Shown here one piece after another: positions 30,278-39,057 of a stretch of 64,000 nt of DNA. Within the stretch, counting starts at the first letter, position 1. Each line of letters begins with the position of its first letter. The DNA comes from an uncultured Gemmatimonadaceae bacterium (GTDB lineage: Bacteria > Gemmatimonadota > Gemmatimonadetes > Gemmatimonadales > Gemmatimonadaceae). Under the pieces are notes generated by a model, which had not been told where the DNA came from, did not search any database, and worked only from the letters and a program-made list of their open reading frames with translations. A program made the position numbers and the translations under genes. Location of the stretch: positions 32,001-96,000 of the forward strand of contig CAWBOC010000005.1 in the NCBI GenBank assembly GCA_963790305.1. The letters run 5' to 3'.

Positions 30278-32072
30278 CGTTCGCTGGGTGGTCCTCGTCG
30301 GGCTTACCGTGGTCGGCGTCTCCGTCGCGCTCGCGGCACGGGGCGATCGCAAGCCCGCGGAGAGCGTCGGCCCGCGGCGGTTCGCGGGGTCGACCACCGT
30401 CATCCCAATGCCGTCGATCCTTCCTCCCGCGACGCTCTCATCGCCGGTGCGAGTGGCGCTCGTGCGCGATCCGGCCGCCGCATCGTACTTCACCAAAAGC
30501 GCGTCCTACGATTCGATCATCGATCGCTGGACGACGACGCTGCAAGCGACCGGCGCCGACGTGCGCGTGGTCGCGCCCGCCGAGATCGGGTCGAGTAGTG
30601 CCCGAGTACTCGTCATTCCTTCGGCGCATTGTCTGAGCGTCGCCACACGCGAGGCGATCGATCGCGCCGGCGCGCGCGGTCAAGGGTTGGTCATCACCGG
30701 CGCCATCGGCACCAAGGACGCGCGCTGCCGCCCCATTGGCTACGGGCTCCTCGTCGCGCTCACCGGCGCGTCGCGCGTCGAGACGATCGAGACGCGCGAC
30801 ATTGCCTACGTCACATTCCCGAACGGCAGCGCGCTCGCGATTGGAATTCCGCCTGGGACACGCCTCGAGCTCGATCCCGCGCCCTACGTGGCGCTGCGCC
30901 GCGCGGGGCGCGACGCGTTCTTTTCGTCGTTCGCGCTGCGACCCGAGCCGGCACGTGGCGTTCAGCTGGTCGATGGCGCCGTGGTTCGCTCGCGATACGC
31001 GAGAGCCCCGGTGGCATACTGGAGCTTCGAGCTGACCGGCGTGAATGATCTGCCCTGGGATCGAACGATCGCGCAGCTGCTGGTGCGCAACGCCGTCGCC
31101 TGGGCTGCGCGCATTCCGACGGCCGAGCTCGAGCCATGGCCGGAGGGAAAGCGCGCCGCGGCGGTGCTGGCACAAGACGTCGAGGACCAGTTCGCGAACG
31201 CCGAGTATGCACTCGATTCGCTGCGCGCGGCCGGCGTCCGAGGAACGTACTTTCTGACGTCGGAGCTGGCCCGGCGACACGAGCGCCTGACGAGAGCGAT
31301 CGCGGAAGAGGATGAGATCGGCACGCACAGCGAGAACCATCGCTTGCTCGGCGGCGAGCCCGCTGATGTCCAGCGCCGCCGCCTCGCTCTCACGCAGGTT
31401 CACCTGCGCGATCTGCTCGGCGCGCCGGTGGCCGGGCTGCGTCCTCCGGAGGAACAGTTCGACAAGGCGACGCTTGCCGCCTGGATCGAGGCGGGGGGCA
31501 CGTACGTGTTCGGCGCCAACAATTCGAGAGCGGCGGCGCCCGAGCTGCTCGAGGTGAACGGCGACACGATCGTTCTGCTTGGTCGCGCCAACGTCAATGA
31601 CTTCGACGCCGCCAGCCTCGCCTCACGGGGCAGCCTGGACGAAGTCGTGAAGGAGTATCTGGGTGAATACCAGAAGGTCCGCGCGCTCGGGGGACTCTAT
31701 CTGCTGAGCTATCACTCGCAGCTGCTCGCGCGTCCCGAGCTCGTCCCCGCGCTCGCGCGCATCGCCCGCCGCATCCACGCCGACACCGCGGTATGGCTCA
31801 CGACCGCGAGCGACGTCGTCGACTGGTGGCGCGCTCGCGCCGCGGTGACGACTCGCGCAACCCGCGTCGACGCACGTGGGCTCCGGGTCGACCTCCGCAA
31901 CACCGGTCGCGACACGGTGCGCGGTCTGGTCGCGCGCGTAACACTCGGCGACGGCGAGCGAGTGTCCGGCTCCGCACGTGCGCTAAAGTCGGAAGCGGGC
32001 ACGCTGCGTTTCGTCGTTCCGCCGCTGCCGCCGGGCGCCGAGCGGTCGTGGAGATTTGCGATTTCCAACTAG
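30258..32072 (+). CDS. Polysaccharide deacetylase (NodB/CE4-like), multidomain, exported
   Basis: QDVED, GTYF, IGTHSENH, LRPP, SYH motifs. Confidence 0.82.
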   Translation: MMTPRGSVRWVVLVGLTVVGVSVALAARGDRKPAESVGPRRFAGSTTVIPMPSILPPATLSSPVRVALVRDPAAASYFTKSASYDSIIDRWTTTLQATGADVRVVAPAEIGSSSARVLVIPSAHCLSVATREAIDRAGARGQGLVITGAIGTKDARCRPIGYGLLVALTGASRVETIETRDIAYVTFPNGSALAIGIPPGTRLELDPAPYVALRRAGRDAFFSSFALRPEPARGVQLVDGAVVRSRYARAPVAYWSFELTGVNDLPWDRTIAQLLVRNAVAWAARIPTAELEPWPEGKRAAAVLAQDVEDQFANAEYALDSLRAAGVRGTYFLTSELARRHERLTRAIAEEDEIGTHSENHRLLGGEPADVQRRRLALTQVHLRDLLGAPVAGLRPPEEQFDKATLAAWIEAGGTYVFGANNSRAAAPELLEVNGDTIVLLGRANVNDFDAASLASRGSLDEVVKEYLGEYQKVRALGGLYLLSYHSQLLARPELVPALARIARRIHADTAVWLTTASDVVDWWRARAAVTTRATRVDARGLRVDLRNTGRDTVRGLVARVTLGDGERVSGSARALKSEAGTLRFVVPPLPPGAERSWRFAISN

Positions 32073-32192
32073 GAGCTAGGAGTCAGGGGTCAGAGGGTGT
32101 CAGGGAAGAGGTTTCAGGAGTCGCGAGAGCCGTTCGCCTCGAACCTTCAACCTGACACCCCCTGACCCCCTGACTCCCGACTCCTGACCCCT
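32069..32192. repeat. Family B palindrome copy 1 (AGGRGTC heptamer arms), gene-less
   Basis: aggagctaggagtcaggggtcag...cctgaccccctgactcccgactcctgacccct. Confidence 0.9.
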
Positions 32193-32235
32193 CGTTCTTC
32201 GTGAGACGGTGCGGGGAATGCGTAACGTCTGAAGC

Positions 32236-33219
32236 ATGACCGCCATTCGTCCCGTCGCGCGCGGGCCCCATATCGAGACCCCGGAGGAAGCGCAGGAGCG
32301 GCTGCGGCGGGAGGTTCACGCCGGGCTTCGCGCGAATCCGAAGACGCTGCCGCCAAAGCTCTTTTACGATGACACCGGTGCGCGCCTGTTCGAGGAGATC
32401 ACCAAGCTCGACGAGTATTATGTCACGCGCACCGAGCGCGAGATCATGCAGGCACACGCGGCGGAGATGGCGGCGCTCATCGGGCCGAATGCGCTTGTCA
32501 TCGAGCCGGGAAGTGGCGAGGCGCTCAAAGTTCGCGTGCTGCTCGATCATCTCGAGAGTCCGGCCGCTTACGTGCCCATCGACATTTCGGCGGAGCAGCT
32601 CGCCCGCGTCGCGCGCGAGCTCACTGAGGAATACCCGACCCTGGACGTCATCCCGCTCGAGGCCGACTTCACCCGCGGGCTATGTCTTCCCGACCTGCCC
32701 GACACGACACGCCGTGCACGACGGGTCGCGTTCTTTCCCGGCTCGACGATCGGCAATCTCCATCCTCCGCAGGCAGTCGCGCTTCTCCGCGAGATCGCAC
32801 GCGTCGTTGGGTCCGGCGGGGGACTGCTGCTCGGCGTCGACCTGCGAAAGGACCCTACCATCCTCCATGCGGCGTACAACGACGCGAGACGCGTCACCGC
32901 CGCATTCAACAAGAACGCGCTGGTACGGCTCAACCGTGAGTTCGGTGCGACCTTCGACGTCGATCGTTTTCGGCACTACGCGTACTACAATCCGGTCGCG
33001 AATCGGGTCGAGATGCATCTCGTCAGCCTCGAGACGCATGAGGCAGAGGTCGATGGCGAGCGTTTCCTCTTCGAGCAGGGGGAGCCGATCTGGACGGAGT
33101 CGTCCTACAAGTATTCCCCCGCCGAGCTCGAGGGCTGTGCGCGCGAAGCTGGTCTGGTACTGCGGAAGAGGTGGCACGACCGACGCCGCTGGTTCATGGT
33201 GGCGTTCTTTGAGACATAG
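32236..33219 (+). CDS. egtD: L-histidine N-alpha-methyltransferase
   Basis: PPKLFYD..G..LFEEIT.LDEYY.TRTE, GSTIGN, AYND, TESSYKY. Confidence 0.93.
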   Translation: MTAIRPVARGPHIETPEEAQERLRREVHAGLRANPKTLPPKLFYDDTGARLFEEITKLDEYYVTRTEREIMQAHAAEMAALIGPNALVIEPGSGEALKVRVLLDHLESPAAYVPIDISAEQLARVARELTEEYPTLDVIPLEADFTRGLCLPDLPDTTRRARRVAFFPGSTIGNLHPPQAVALLREIARVVGSGGGLLLGVDLRKDPTILHAAYNDARRVTAAFNKNALVRLNREFGATFDVDRFRHYAYYNPVANRVEMHLVSLETHEAEVDGERFLFEQGEPIWTESSYKYSPAELEGCAREAGLVLRKRWHDRRRWFMVAFFET

Positions 33220-33318
33220 GGGTGTCAGGGAAGAGGTTTCAGGAGTCGCGCGAGCCGTTCTCCTCCAACCTTCCCCCTGACACCCCCTGATTCCTGACCC
33301 CTGACTCCTGATCCCTAG
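33217..33318. repeat. Family B palindrome copy 2, direct repeat of copy 1, left arm truncated
   Basis: 31 nt identical to 32095-32125 (gggtgtcagggaagaggtttcaggagtcgcg), similar thereafter. Confidence 0.9.
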
Positions 33319-33845
33319 TCTATCCGTGCCTTCCGCACGACGCTCCAGCTGCCGTTCCGCCTTACGAGCTGGTAGGCCTGCTCGATCCGGAACCGATTGT
33401 GCTCGCCGGTCGCTGGCGTGTCGTACCGATCCGCCAGCAGGTGAGTCTGCACGGAGTCGCCGGCCATCGCGAACACCTCCGAGAAGCGCACGACATAGCC
33501 GGGGAGGTCCGCTCGGCACACCGGCGTTCGCGTAGGAGCTCGCCGCTCCGGGCTGCACTCCCCTTTGGTGACGCCGGTGCCGCGCAGGGCGGCGCGCACG
33601 TCGGTACCTAACGCGTCGCCGGGGCCCTCGCCACCCACGCGGCTGAGCATCGTCGTGTCGACGAGAAGCGACAGCCCGGGATCGAGATCGAAGGCCCCTC
33701 CGAGCGAGGCGGCGTAGATCTTCGCCCGCTCAGTCGCCGATAGCTGTGCGACCACAAGACCGCGCCCGCGCGCGTAGCTCGCGTCCTTGGCGCAGCCGAG
33801 GACGAGCACGAGAAGAAGAACCTTTCGAAACGAGGGTGAGCTCAT
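33315..33845 (-). CDS. Hypothetical lipoprotein
   Basis: Lipobox VLGC. Confidence 0.65.
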   Translation of the reverse strand: MSSPSFRKVLLLVLVLGCAKDASYARGRGLVVAQLSATERAKIYAASLGGAFDLDPGLSLLVDTTMLSRVGGEGPGDALGTDVRAALRGTGVTKGECSPERRAPTRTPVCRADLPGYVVRFSEVFAMAGDSVQTHLLADRYDTPATGEHNRFRIEQAYQLVRRNGSWSVVRKARID

Positions 33846-33901
33846 CTAGGATTCGACGACCGAGCGGCTGGCAGGGTCAACTACAACTGCGTACTCCTCA
33901 A

Positions 33902-34601
33902 ATGCCAATAGCTCTCATCACCGGTGCCACGCGGGGGCTTGGGCGCGCGCTTGCCTTCGACTTCGCGCGCGCGGGATACGTGGTCTACGGCACGGGGCGG
34001 AACGAGACATCGCTTGCCACGCTCGCCACGGAGGCCAATGACGCGAAGCTCAACATCCGCCCCCTCCGCTCAAATGCCGCTACCGAAGAGGGGGCCGAGG
34101 CGATCCTCGAGCGACTCGAATCAGAATGCAGCACGCCTCGACGTCGTGATCCATAATGCCGGTGCGCTCGGCGACCGCGTCGAGTTGGCGAAGTACCCGC
34201 TCGACACGTGGGACGAGGTAATTGCTACGAACGTCCGCGGTCCCTTTCTCCTTACGCAACGGCTGCTGCCAACGCTCGCGCCCAACGCCGCGGTGATCTT
34301 CGTCTCGAGCGGTATCGTCGAGCAGGCGCGGCCGCGGTGGGGTGCGTACTACGTCTCGAAAGTGGCCGTCGACGCCGTCGCCGCAACCTATGCCGTCGAG
34401 CTGAAGGCACAGGGAATCCGAGTGTTCATCGTCAATCCGGGCCCGCTTCGCACGGAGATGCGCGCCGACGCGTTCCCGAGCGAAGACCCGAAGTCAGTCC
34501 CAGCCCCGGAGGACCGCACCGGCGTGTTCCTGTGGCTCGCGCGTAAGGCGGCGATCGAGCTCACGGGGAAGAGGTACGAGGCGGAGGAATTCCGGGGTTG
34601 A
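33902..34601 (+). pseudogene. SDR oxidoreductase (YciK-like), frameshifted near 34130
   Basis: TGATRGLG in one frame; LDVVIHNAG, YYVSK, NPGPLRT in another. Confidence 0.8.
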
Positions 34602-34602
34602 G

Positions 34603-34743
34603 TTCTTGGCGCCACGAGCCGGACTGCTATCACCACAGAGGCACAGGGGCACAGAGAAGGGCGAACTACTGCAGCACTAGTTCGCCCTTCTCTGTGCCCT
34701 CTGTGCCTCTGTGGTGATAGCAGTCCGGCTCGTGGCGCAAGAA
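34603..34743. repeat. Family A palindrome copy 2, near-perfect, between convergent genes
   Basis: About 65-bp stem gcgccacgagccggactgctatcaccacagag...ctctgtggtgatagcagtccggctcgtggcgc. Confidence 0.93.
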
Positions 34744-34746
34744 GCG

Positions 34747-35595
34747 CTACTCAATGTTCCCCAACGCCCACGCCGCCATCCGCCGCACTTCCGGATCACG
34801 GTCCTCACGAAGCAACGCCGTGAGCGCCGGGATTGCGGCCGGGTCCTCGATCTCGCCCAGGGCCCACGCCGCGTTGATACGCACTAGTGGCTCCGCGTCC
34901 TTCAACGTGCGCTCGAGCGCGGGGATCGCGCGCGAATCCTCGATCTCGCCGAGCGCCCACGCCGCCGCAGCGCGGACCGAGGACTCCCGGTCTTCCAGCG
35001 CGCGCGTCAGCGGATCGATCGTGCTCGGATTCTCGGCGAAGCGCAATCCGACCGCGGCTGCCTCACGAGTTATCGGGTTCTCGTCGCGCAGCGCCGTGAC
35101 CAGCGTCTGGACGGCCGCGTCCTGCTGCGTGCGTCCGAGGAGGGGCGCGACGAATCGGCGAACGCAGGGATCAGGATCCCCGAGCGCGGCGCGCAACGGG
35201 GCGATCACTTCCCGTCCCTTCGGCGAGCTCGCCGCGAAGCGCACCAGGTCCATGTCCCCAGCGCTGCGCGCACGCAGCGGCGTCGCCGGACCAACGTACT
35301 GCCAGTTGCCGTTCCACATTGCGCCGCGCGAAGCGAGCTCGCAGAGAATCGGGTTGGCATTGCGCACCGCGGCGATGAGTGCCGCCACGTTCTCCGCATC
35401 GTCCTGCGACGCCGCCGCCGTCGCACGCATCGGCGTGCCTTGATCCGGCGTCACGATCTCGTCCACGACCACGAGCGCTTCACCCATGATCACGGACCGC
35501 GCGGCCCGCGGAGCCACCGCGACGGCAATGGCGCCGGCACTAATGACCAGCGCCGCGACGACCAGCGGCGTGGCCGCTCCAGTTCGCGTTCTCAT
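34747..35595 (-). CDS. Exported HEAT/PBS-lyase repeat protein
   Basis: Hydrophobic N-terminus; about 5 repeats, three of the AAWALG(E/N)IE type. Confidence 0.85.
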   Translation of the reverse strand: MRTRTGAATPLVVAALVISAGAIAVAVAPRAARSVIMGEALVVVDEIVTPDQGTPMRATAAASQDDAENVAALIAAVRNANPILCELASRGAMWNGNWQYVGPATPLRARSAGDMDLVRFAASSPKGREVIAPLRAALGDPDPCVRRFVAPLLGRTQQDAAVQTLVTALRDENPITREAAAVGLRFAENPSTIDPLTRALEDRESSVRAAAAWALGEIEDSRAIPALERTLKDAEPLVRINAAWALGEIEDPAAIPALTALLREDRDPEVRRMAAWALGNIE

Positions 35596-38049
35596 TTACC
35601 GTTTCCCCAATGCCTGGGCCGCGATTTTCCGCACTTCCGGATCCGCATCCTTCAGCAGCTCCACCAGCACTTCGACGGCGGCCGAATCCTCGATCTCCGA
35701 GAGTGCGTGCACCGCGGCGTAGCGCAGCGCATTGTCCTGTCCACGCGCCAGCACGGCCAGTACGCCGACAGCTGCCGGATCACCGATCTCGCCAAGCGCG
35801 TGCGCCGCGATCTTCCGAACTTCACGATCCTGGTCACGCGTGGCTTCGATCAGCGCCGGCGGCGCCTCACCGCTGAGGTCGATCTCTCCCAGCGCCCACG
35901 CCGCCTTCCGGCGAACGCCGACGTTCGCGTCCGACAGCGCCTTCGACAGAGCGGCGACCGCCGTCGCATCCTCGATCTCGCCAAGAGCCCATACCGCCGT
36001 CTCGCGCACCTTGGGATCGCGATCCCCGATTGCTGCCGCCAGGGCCTCGACCGCGCGTGGGCTCTCGATCTCGCCTAACGCCCACGCAGCCTGGTGCCGA
36101 ATTTCGGCGTTCTCGTCCTTCAGGAAGGGCAACAGGTGCGGCACGCCATTGGGTGACTCGATCTCGCCCAGCGCCCACACGGCCGTCTTGCGCACCTCGG
36201 GGCTGGAATCCTTGAGCGCGGCGCCCAGCGCTTCGACGGCGGTGGCGCTCTCGATCTCGCCTAACGCCCAGGCGGCCATCCGCCGAACTTCCTCATCTTT
36301 ATCGGAACGAAGGGCATCCGAGAGCGCCGGCACACCGGCCGCGTCCTCGATCTCACCGAGCGCCCACGCCGCCATGCGACGCACTTCGACGCTCTCGTCC
36401 GACCGCAGCGCCCGACTCAGCGCTTCGACGGCGCGCGGATCCTCGATACCGCCCAGGCCCTCGGCGGCCGCGAGCCGAACGAGCGGGTCCGCATCACTCA
36501 GCGCCGCTGACAATCCGGCCACGGCGCGCTCGCTGACACGCGAGTCCTGCTTATCCTGCCTGTCCTGGTGTTGCTGCCTCGACTGCTCGCGCGACATCGG
36601 CGCCGGCGGCTGTGGGGGCTGCGGAACTTGCTCGGCCTCCGGAGCCTGAATCTCAAAACGGAACGCCATGTCGCTCGCGTAGTTTTCCGCGACGTTCTTC
36701 GCCGTCTCGAGACTCGCGGTCACGTTGCCGACGATCTCGTTCCTCAGTGAGCCAAGATCCACGCCGAGGTTTTCGAACGCCGACTTCACGGTCTCGGCTA
36801 CGCCCAGGCCTTCGCCTTCGCCTTCGCCGACGCCGATTCCGGTGCCTTCCCCGCTACCCGTGCCCTCATCGTAGGCGACCGTTTCCTCGGCAGCCGCATC
36901 GTTCGCATCGCTGACCGGGGCGGGCGCCATCGCCGCCAGGGGCATCGCGATCGCCGCCACGAACACCGCGACCGCCAACGAGCGGACACGCGACGGCGCG
37001 CGCCGCGGGCTGATCGGATCGAGGATCGCGAGCAGGCGTCCTTCGAAGTCCGACCGCTGTGCCATTGGCAACGCCACCGCCGGCGACCGCGAGGTCCCCG
37101 CGTTGCGCACGATGTCGAGCAAGTCATCGGCGTACGTGGATGCCGTCATCCCGGAGCGAATCACGAGATCGTCGCAAGCACGCTCGCACTCGTCCCGCAG
37201 CTTGCGCGCGGCGCGCCACACGAGCGGATTCATCCAATGCAACGCGCACGCAATGCGTGACACGAGGCATGTCGCCACGTCATTCCGACGGACGTGCGCC
37301 AGCTCGTGCACGAGGACGGTAAGGCGGCGCTCCTCGCTCCACGACGTCGCCACCGGCGGCATGACGATCGTTGGGCGCAGAATGCCCAGCGTCACCGGCA
37401 TGCCGACGTCGGTGCTTTCATAGAGACGGACGGTGCCGCTTACGCCCGCCATCTCCTGCGCATCGCTCAACAGCTGACGCCACGACGGGTCGCGGACCGG
37501 CACTGCCCGGCTGACGAGCATGCGCGCCGAGATCGCCCCGATCGCGAGACGCACCAGCAACGCGATGGCAATGATGATCCACAGGGTGACGAAGCCTTCC
37601 GCTGGCGAAATCGCCGCGACCGTAGCGACCGTGCACCGCGAGAACAGCGGGCAGGCTTCGGCTGCGGGAAGCGCCGGATCGCTCGTGCCCGACACCAGGC
37701 GTGCCGCGAGCTCCTCGGCATTGGGAAGCGCCGCGTCATTGCTGGCGAAGACGGCGCGCTTGGGCCGCCTCGTCTCTGTATTCTCCTCAGGGGATGCGGC
37801 CGGCGCCGGCGGCGGCGTCACCTGCTCCACCGCTGGCGCGGGAACGGGCACCACCTCGAGACGGGGCAGCACCGCCGAGAGGACGGGAAGCGCGATGAGC
37901 ACCACGATGCCCGCGGCCCACGCGACATGCCGCGTCGCGGCCGAGGCGCCACGCATGAGTCGCGTGACAACGAAAATCGCGATGAGGAGCAGGGCGCCCT
38001 TTGCGCCCGTGTCGATCATCGTCGGGATCCAGCTCACGAAGCGCTCCAT
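35596..38049 (-). CDS. BlaR1/M56 metallopeptidase with C-terminal HEAT repeats
   Basis: HELAHVRR.D, W.NPL.W, ERACD; about 10 HEAT repeats after last TM. Confidence 0.92.
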   Translation of the reverse strand: MERFVSWIPTMIDTGAKGALLLIAIFVVTRLMRGASAATRHVAWAAGIVVLIALPVLSAVLPRLEVVPVPAPAVEQVTPPPAPAASPEENTETRRPKRAVFASNDAALPNAEELAARLVSGTSDPALPAAEACPLFSRCTVATVAAISPAEGFVTLWIIIAIALLVRLAIGAISARMLVSRAVPVRDPSWRQLLSDAQEMAGVSGTVRLYESTDVGMPVTLGILRPTIVMPPVATSWSEERRLTVLVHELAHVRRNDVATCLVSRIACALHWMNPLVWRAARKLRDECERACDDLVIRSGMTASTYADDLLDIVRNAGTSRSPAVALPMAQRSDFEGRLLAILDPISPRRAPSRVRSLAVAVFVAAIAMPLAAMAPAPVSDANDAAAEETVAYDEGTGSGEGTGIGVGEGEGEGLGVAETVKSAFENLGVDLGSLRNEIVGNVTASLETAKNVAENYASDMAFRFEIQAPEAEQVPQPPQPPAPMSREQSRQQHQDRQDKQDSRVSERAVAGLSAALSDADPLVRLAAAEGLGGIEDPRAVEALSRALRSDESVEVRRMAAWALGEIEDAAGVPALSDALRSDKDEEVRRMAAWALGEIESATAVEALGAALKDSSPEVRKTAVWALGEIESPNGVPHLLPFLKDENAEIRHQAAWALGEIESPRAVEALAAAIGDRDPKVRETAVWALGEIEDATAVAALSKALSDANVGVRRKAAWALGEIDLSGEAPPALIEATRDQDREVRKIAAHALGEIGDPAAVGVLAVLARGQDNALRYAAVHALSEIEDSAAVEVLVELLKDADPEVRKIAAQALGKR

Positions 38050-38050
38050 T

Positions 38051-38437
38051 TTACCGTCCCTCCTTCTTGGCCTTACCGATCCGATCCGAGAGCCGCTCGA
38101 GTTCGGCGGGGGTGAGATTGGCGTCAGACATCTGCACGAGGGCTACGAGCGCCTGCTCGGCAGACCCATCGAAGAACGTGTGCACGAGATGCTTGAGCGC
38201 GGCGAACCCCGCTTTGTGGGTCGGGATCGCCGGCAGATAGACATAACGGGGCCCGTCCTGTTTGTGCTTCACGAGGCCCTTGTCCTCCAGGACGCGAAGC
38301 GTGGCGCGCACCGCCGAGTAGCTGGGCGGGTCGGGCATCCGCTCAATGACTTCGTTGACGGTGGCCTCACCGCTCTGGTAGAGCGCGTCCATAATCTCGC
38401 GCTCTCGGCGGGGCAGCTTGGTTTGAGGCAGGATCAT
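38051..38437 (-). CDS. BlaI/MecI/CopY family repressor
   Basis: L.RREREIMDAL, YSAVRATLRVLEDKG, FFDGS. Confidence 0.93.
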   Translation of the reverse strand: MILPQTKLPRREREIMDALYQSGEATVNEVIERMPDPPSYSAVRATLRVLEDKGLVKHKQDGPRYVYLPAIPTHKAGFAALKHLVHTFFDGSAEQALVALVQMSDANLTPAELERLSDRIGKAKKEGR

Positions 38438-38459
38438 GAGGAATCCGGGGCTGTGGAAA

Positions 38460-38514
38460 TGCTAGATATCTAGCAGGCTGCTAGCTATCTAGCAGGGGCC
38501 TGATTCCTAGTCAA
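38460..38514 (-). promoter_or_regulatory. Double palindromic operator and putative promoter of the blaI-like operon
   Basis: TGCTAGATATCTAGCA (38460-38475, perfect) and TGCTAGCTATCTAGCA (38479-38494); minus-strand TTGACT at 38514-38509. Confidence 0.8.
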
Positions 38515-38533
38515 GTAAGACTTGTGTAAACCG

Positions 38534-39055
38534 AGGGGTCAGGAGTCAGGAGTCAGGGATCAGGGGGTTGGAGGTGAATGGGATCGGTCCCGTCGAGTGG
38601 GAGAGATCGCTTACCCTGAACCCGTCCCTGATCCCATTCCCTCGTGATCCGCAGCTATCGCGACCTTCACGTCTGGCAGCTCGGGATCCGCCTGGTCATC
38701 GAGTCCTACAAGGTAGGACAGCAGCTGCCAGCGGATGAGCGCTTTGGCCTAACAGCTCAAATCCGAAGGGCCGCTATATCCGTACCAGCCAACATCGCCG
38801 AGGGTCACGGGCGCTCGTCGCGCGGAGACTATCGCCACCACGTCTGGATCGCCGCCGGCTCGCTTCGGGAACTCGAGACCCTTTTCGAGATCCTCATCGT
38901 GCTGAAATACCTCGACGCGAAATCACTGGAGAGGGTAAGAGGGCTCTGCGATGAGCTCGGCCGCATGCTGACACGACTCGCCAAGCGCCTCGAATCACCA
39001 GCTCCCCGCCGTTCCCTACAACCCCCTGATCCCTGACCCCTGACTCCTGACACCT
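38534..39055 (+). mobile_element. Putative element: four-helix-bundle gene enclosed by 37-bp heptamer-built inverted repeats (family B)
   Basis: Left arm 38534-38570, right arm 39019-39055, 35/37 complementary; mobility is inferred, not shown. Confidence 0.6.
38644..39036 (+). CDS. Four helix bundle protein (23S rRNA-IVP / TIGR02436, Avd-like)
   Basis: SYRDLHVWQ, LP..E.FGL..QIRRAA.S.P.NIAEG.GR, GSL.E.ET; GTG start. Confidence 0.93.
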   Translation: MIRSYRDLHVWQLGIRLVIESYKVGQQLPADERFGLTAQIRRAAISVPANIAEGHGRSSRGDYRHHVWIAAGSLRELETLFEILIVLKYLDAKSLERVRGLCDELGRMLTRLAKRLESPAPRRSLQPPDP

Positions 39056-39057
39056 AG

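Noticed and set aside
38578..38619. 13-codon uORF in frame with the four-helix-bundle gene
   Set aside because: GGAGGTG lies only 1 nt from the ATG and two TGA codons separate it from the gene; not supportable.
38644..39036. Diversity-generating retroelement (Avd-like gene)
   Set aside because: No reverse transcriptase and no TR/VR pair with adenine-specific differences seen in the window.
38534..39055. 23S rRNA intervening sequence
   Set aside because: Flanks are protein-coding genes; no rRNA sequence recognised.
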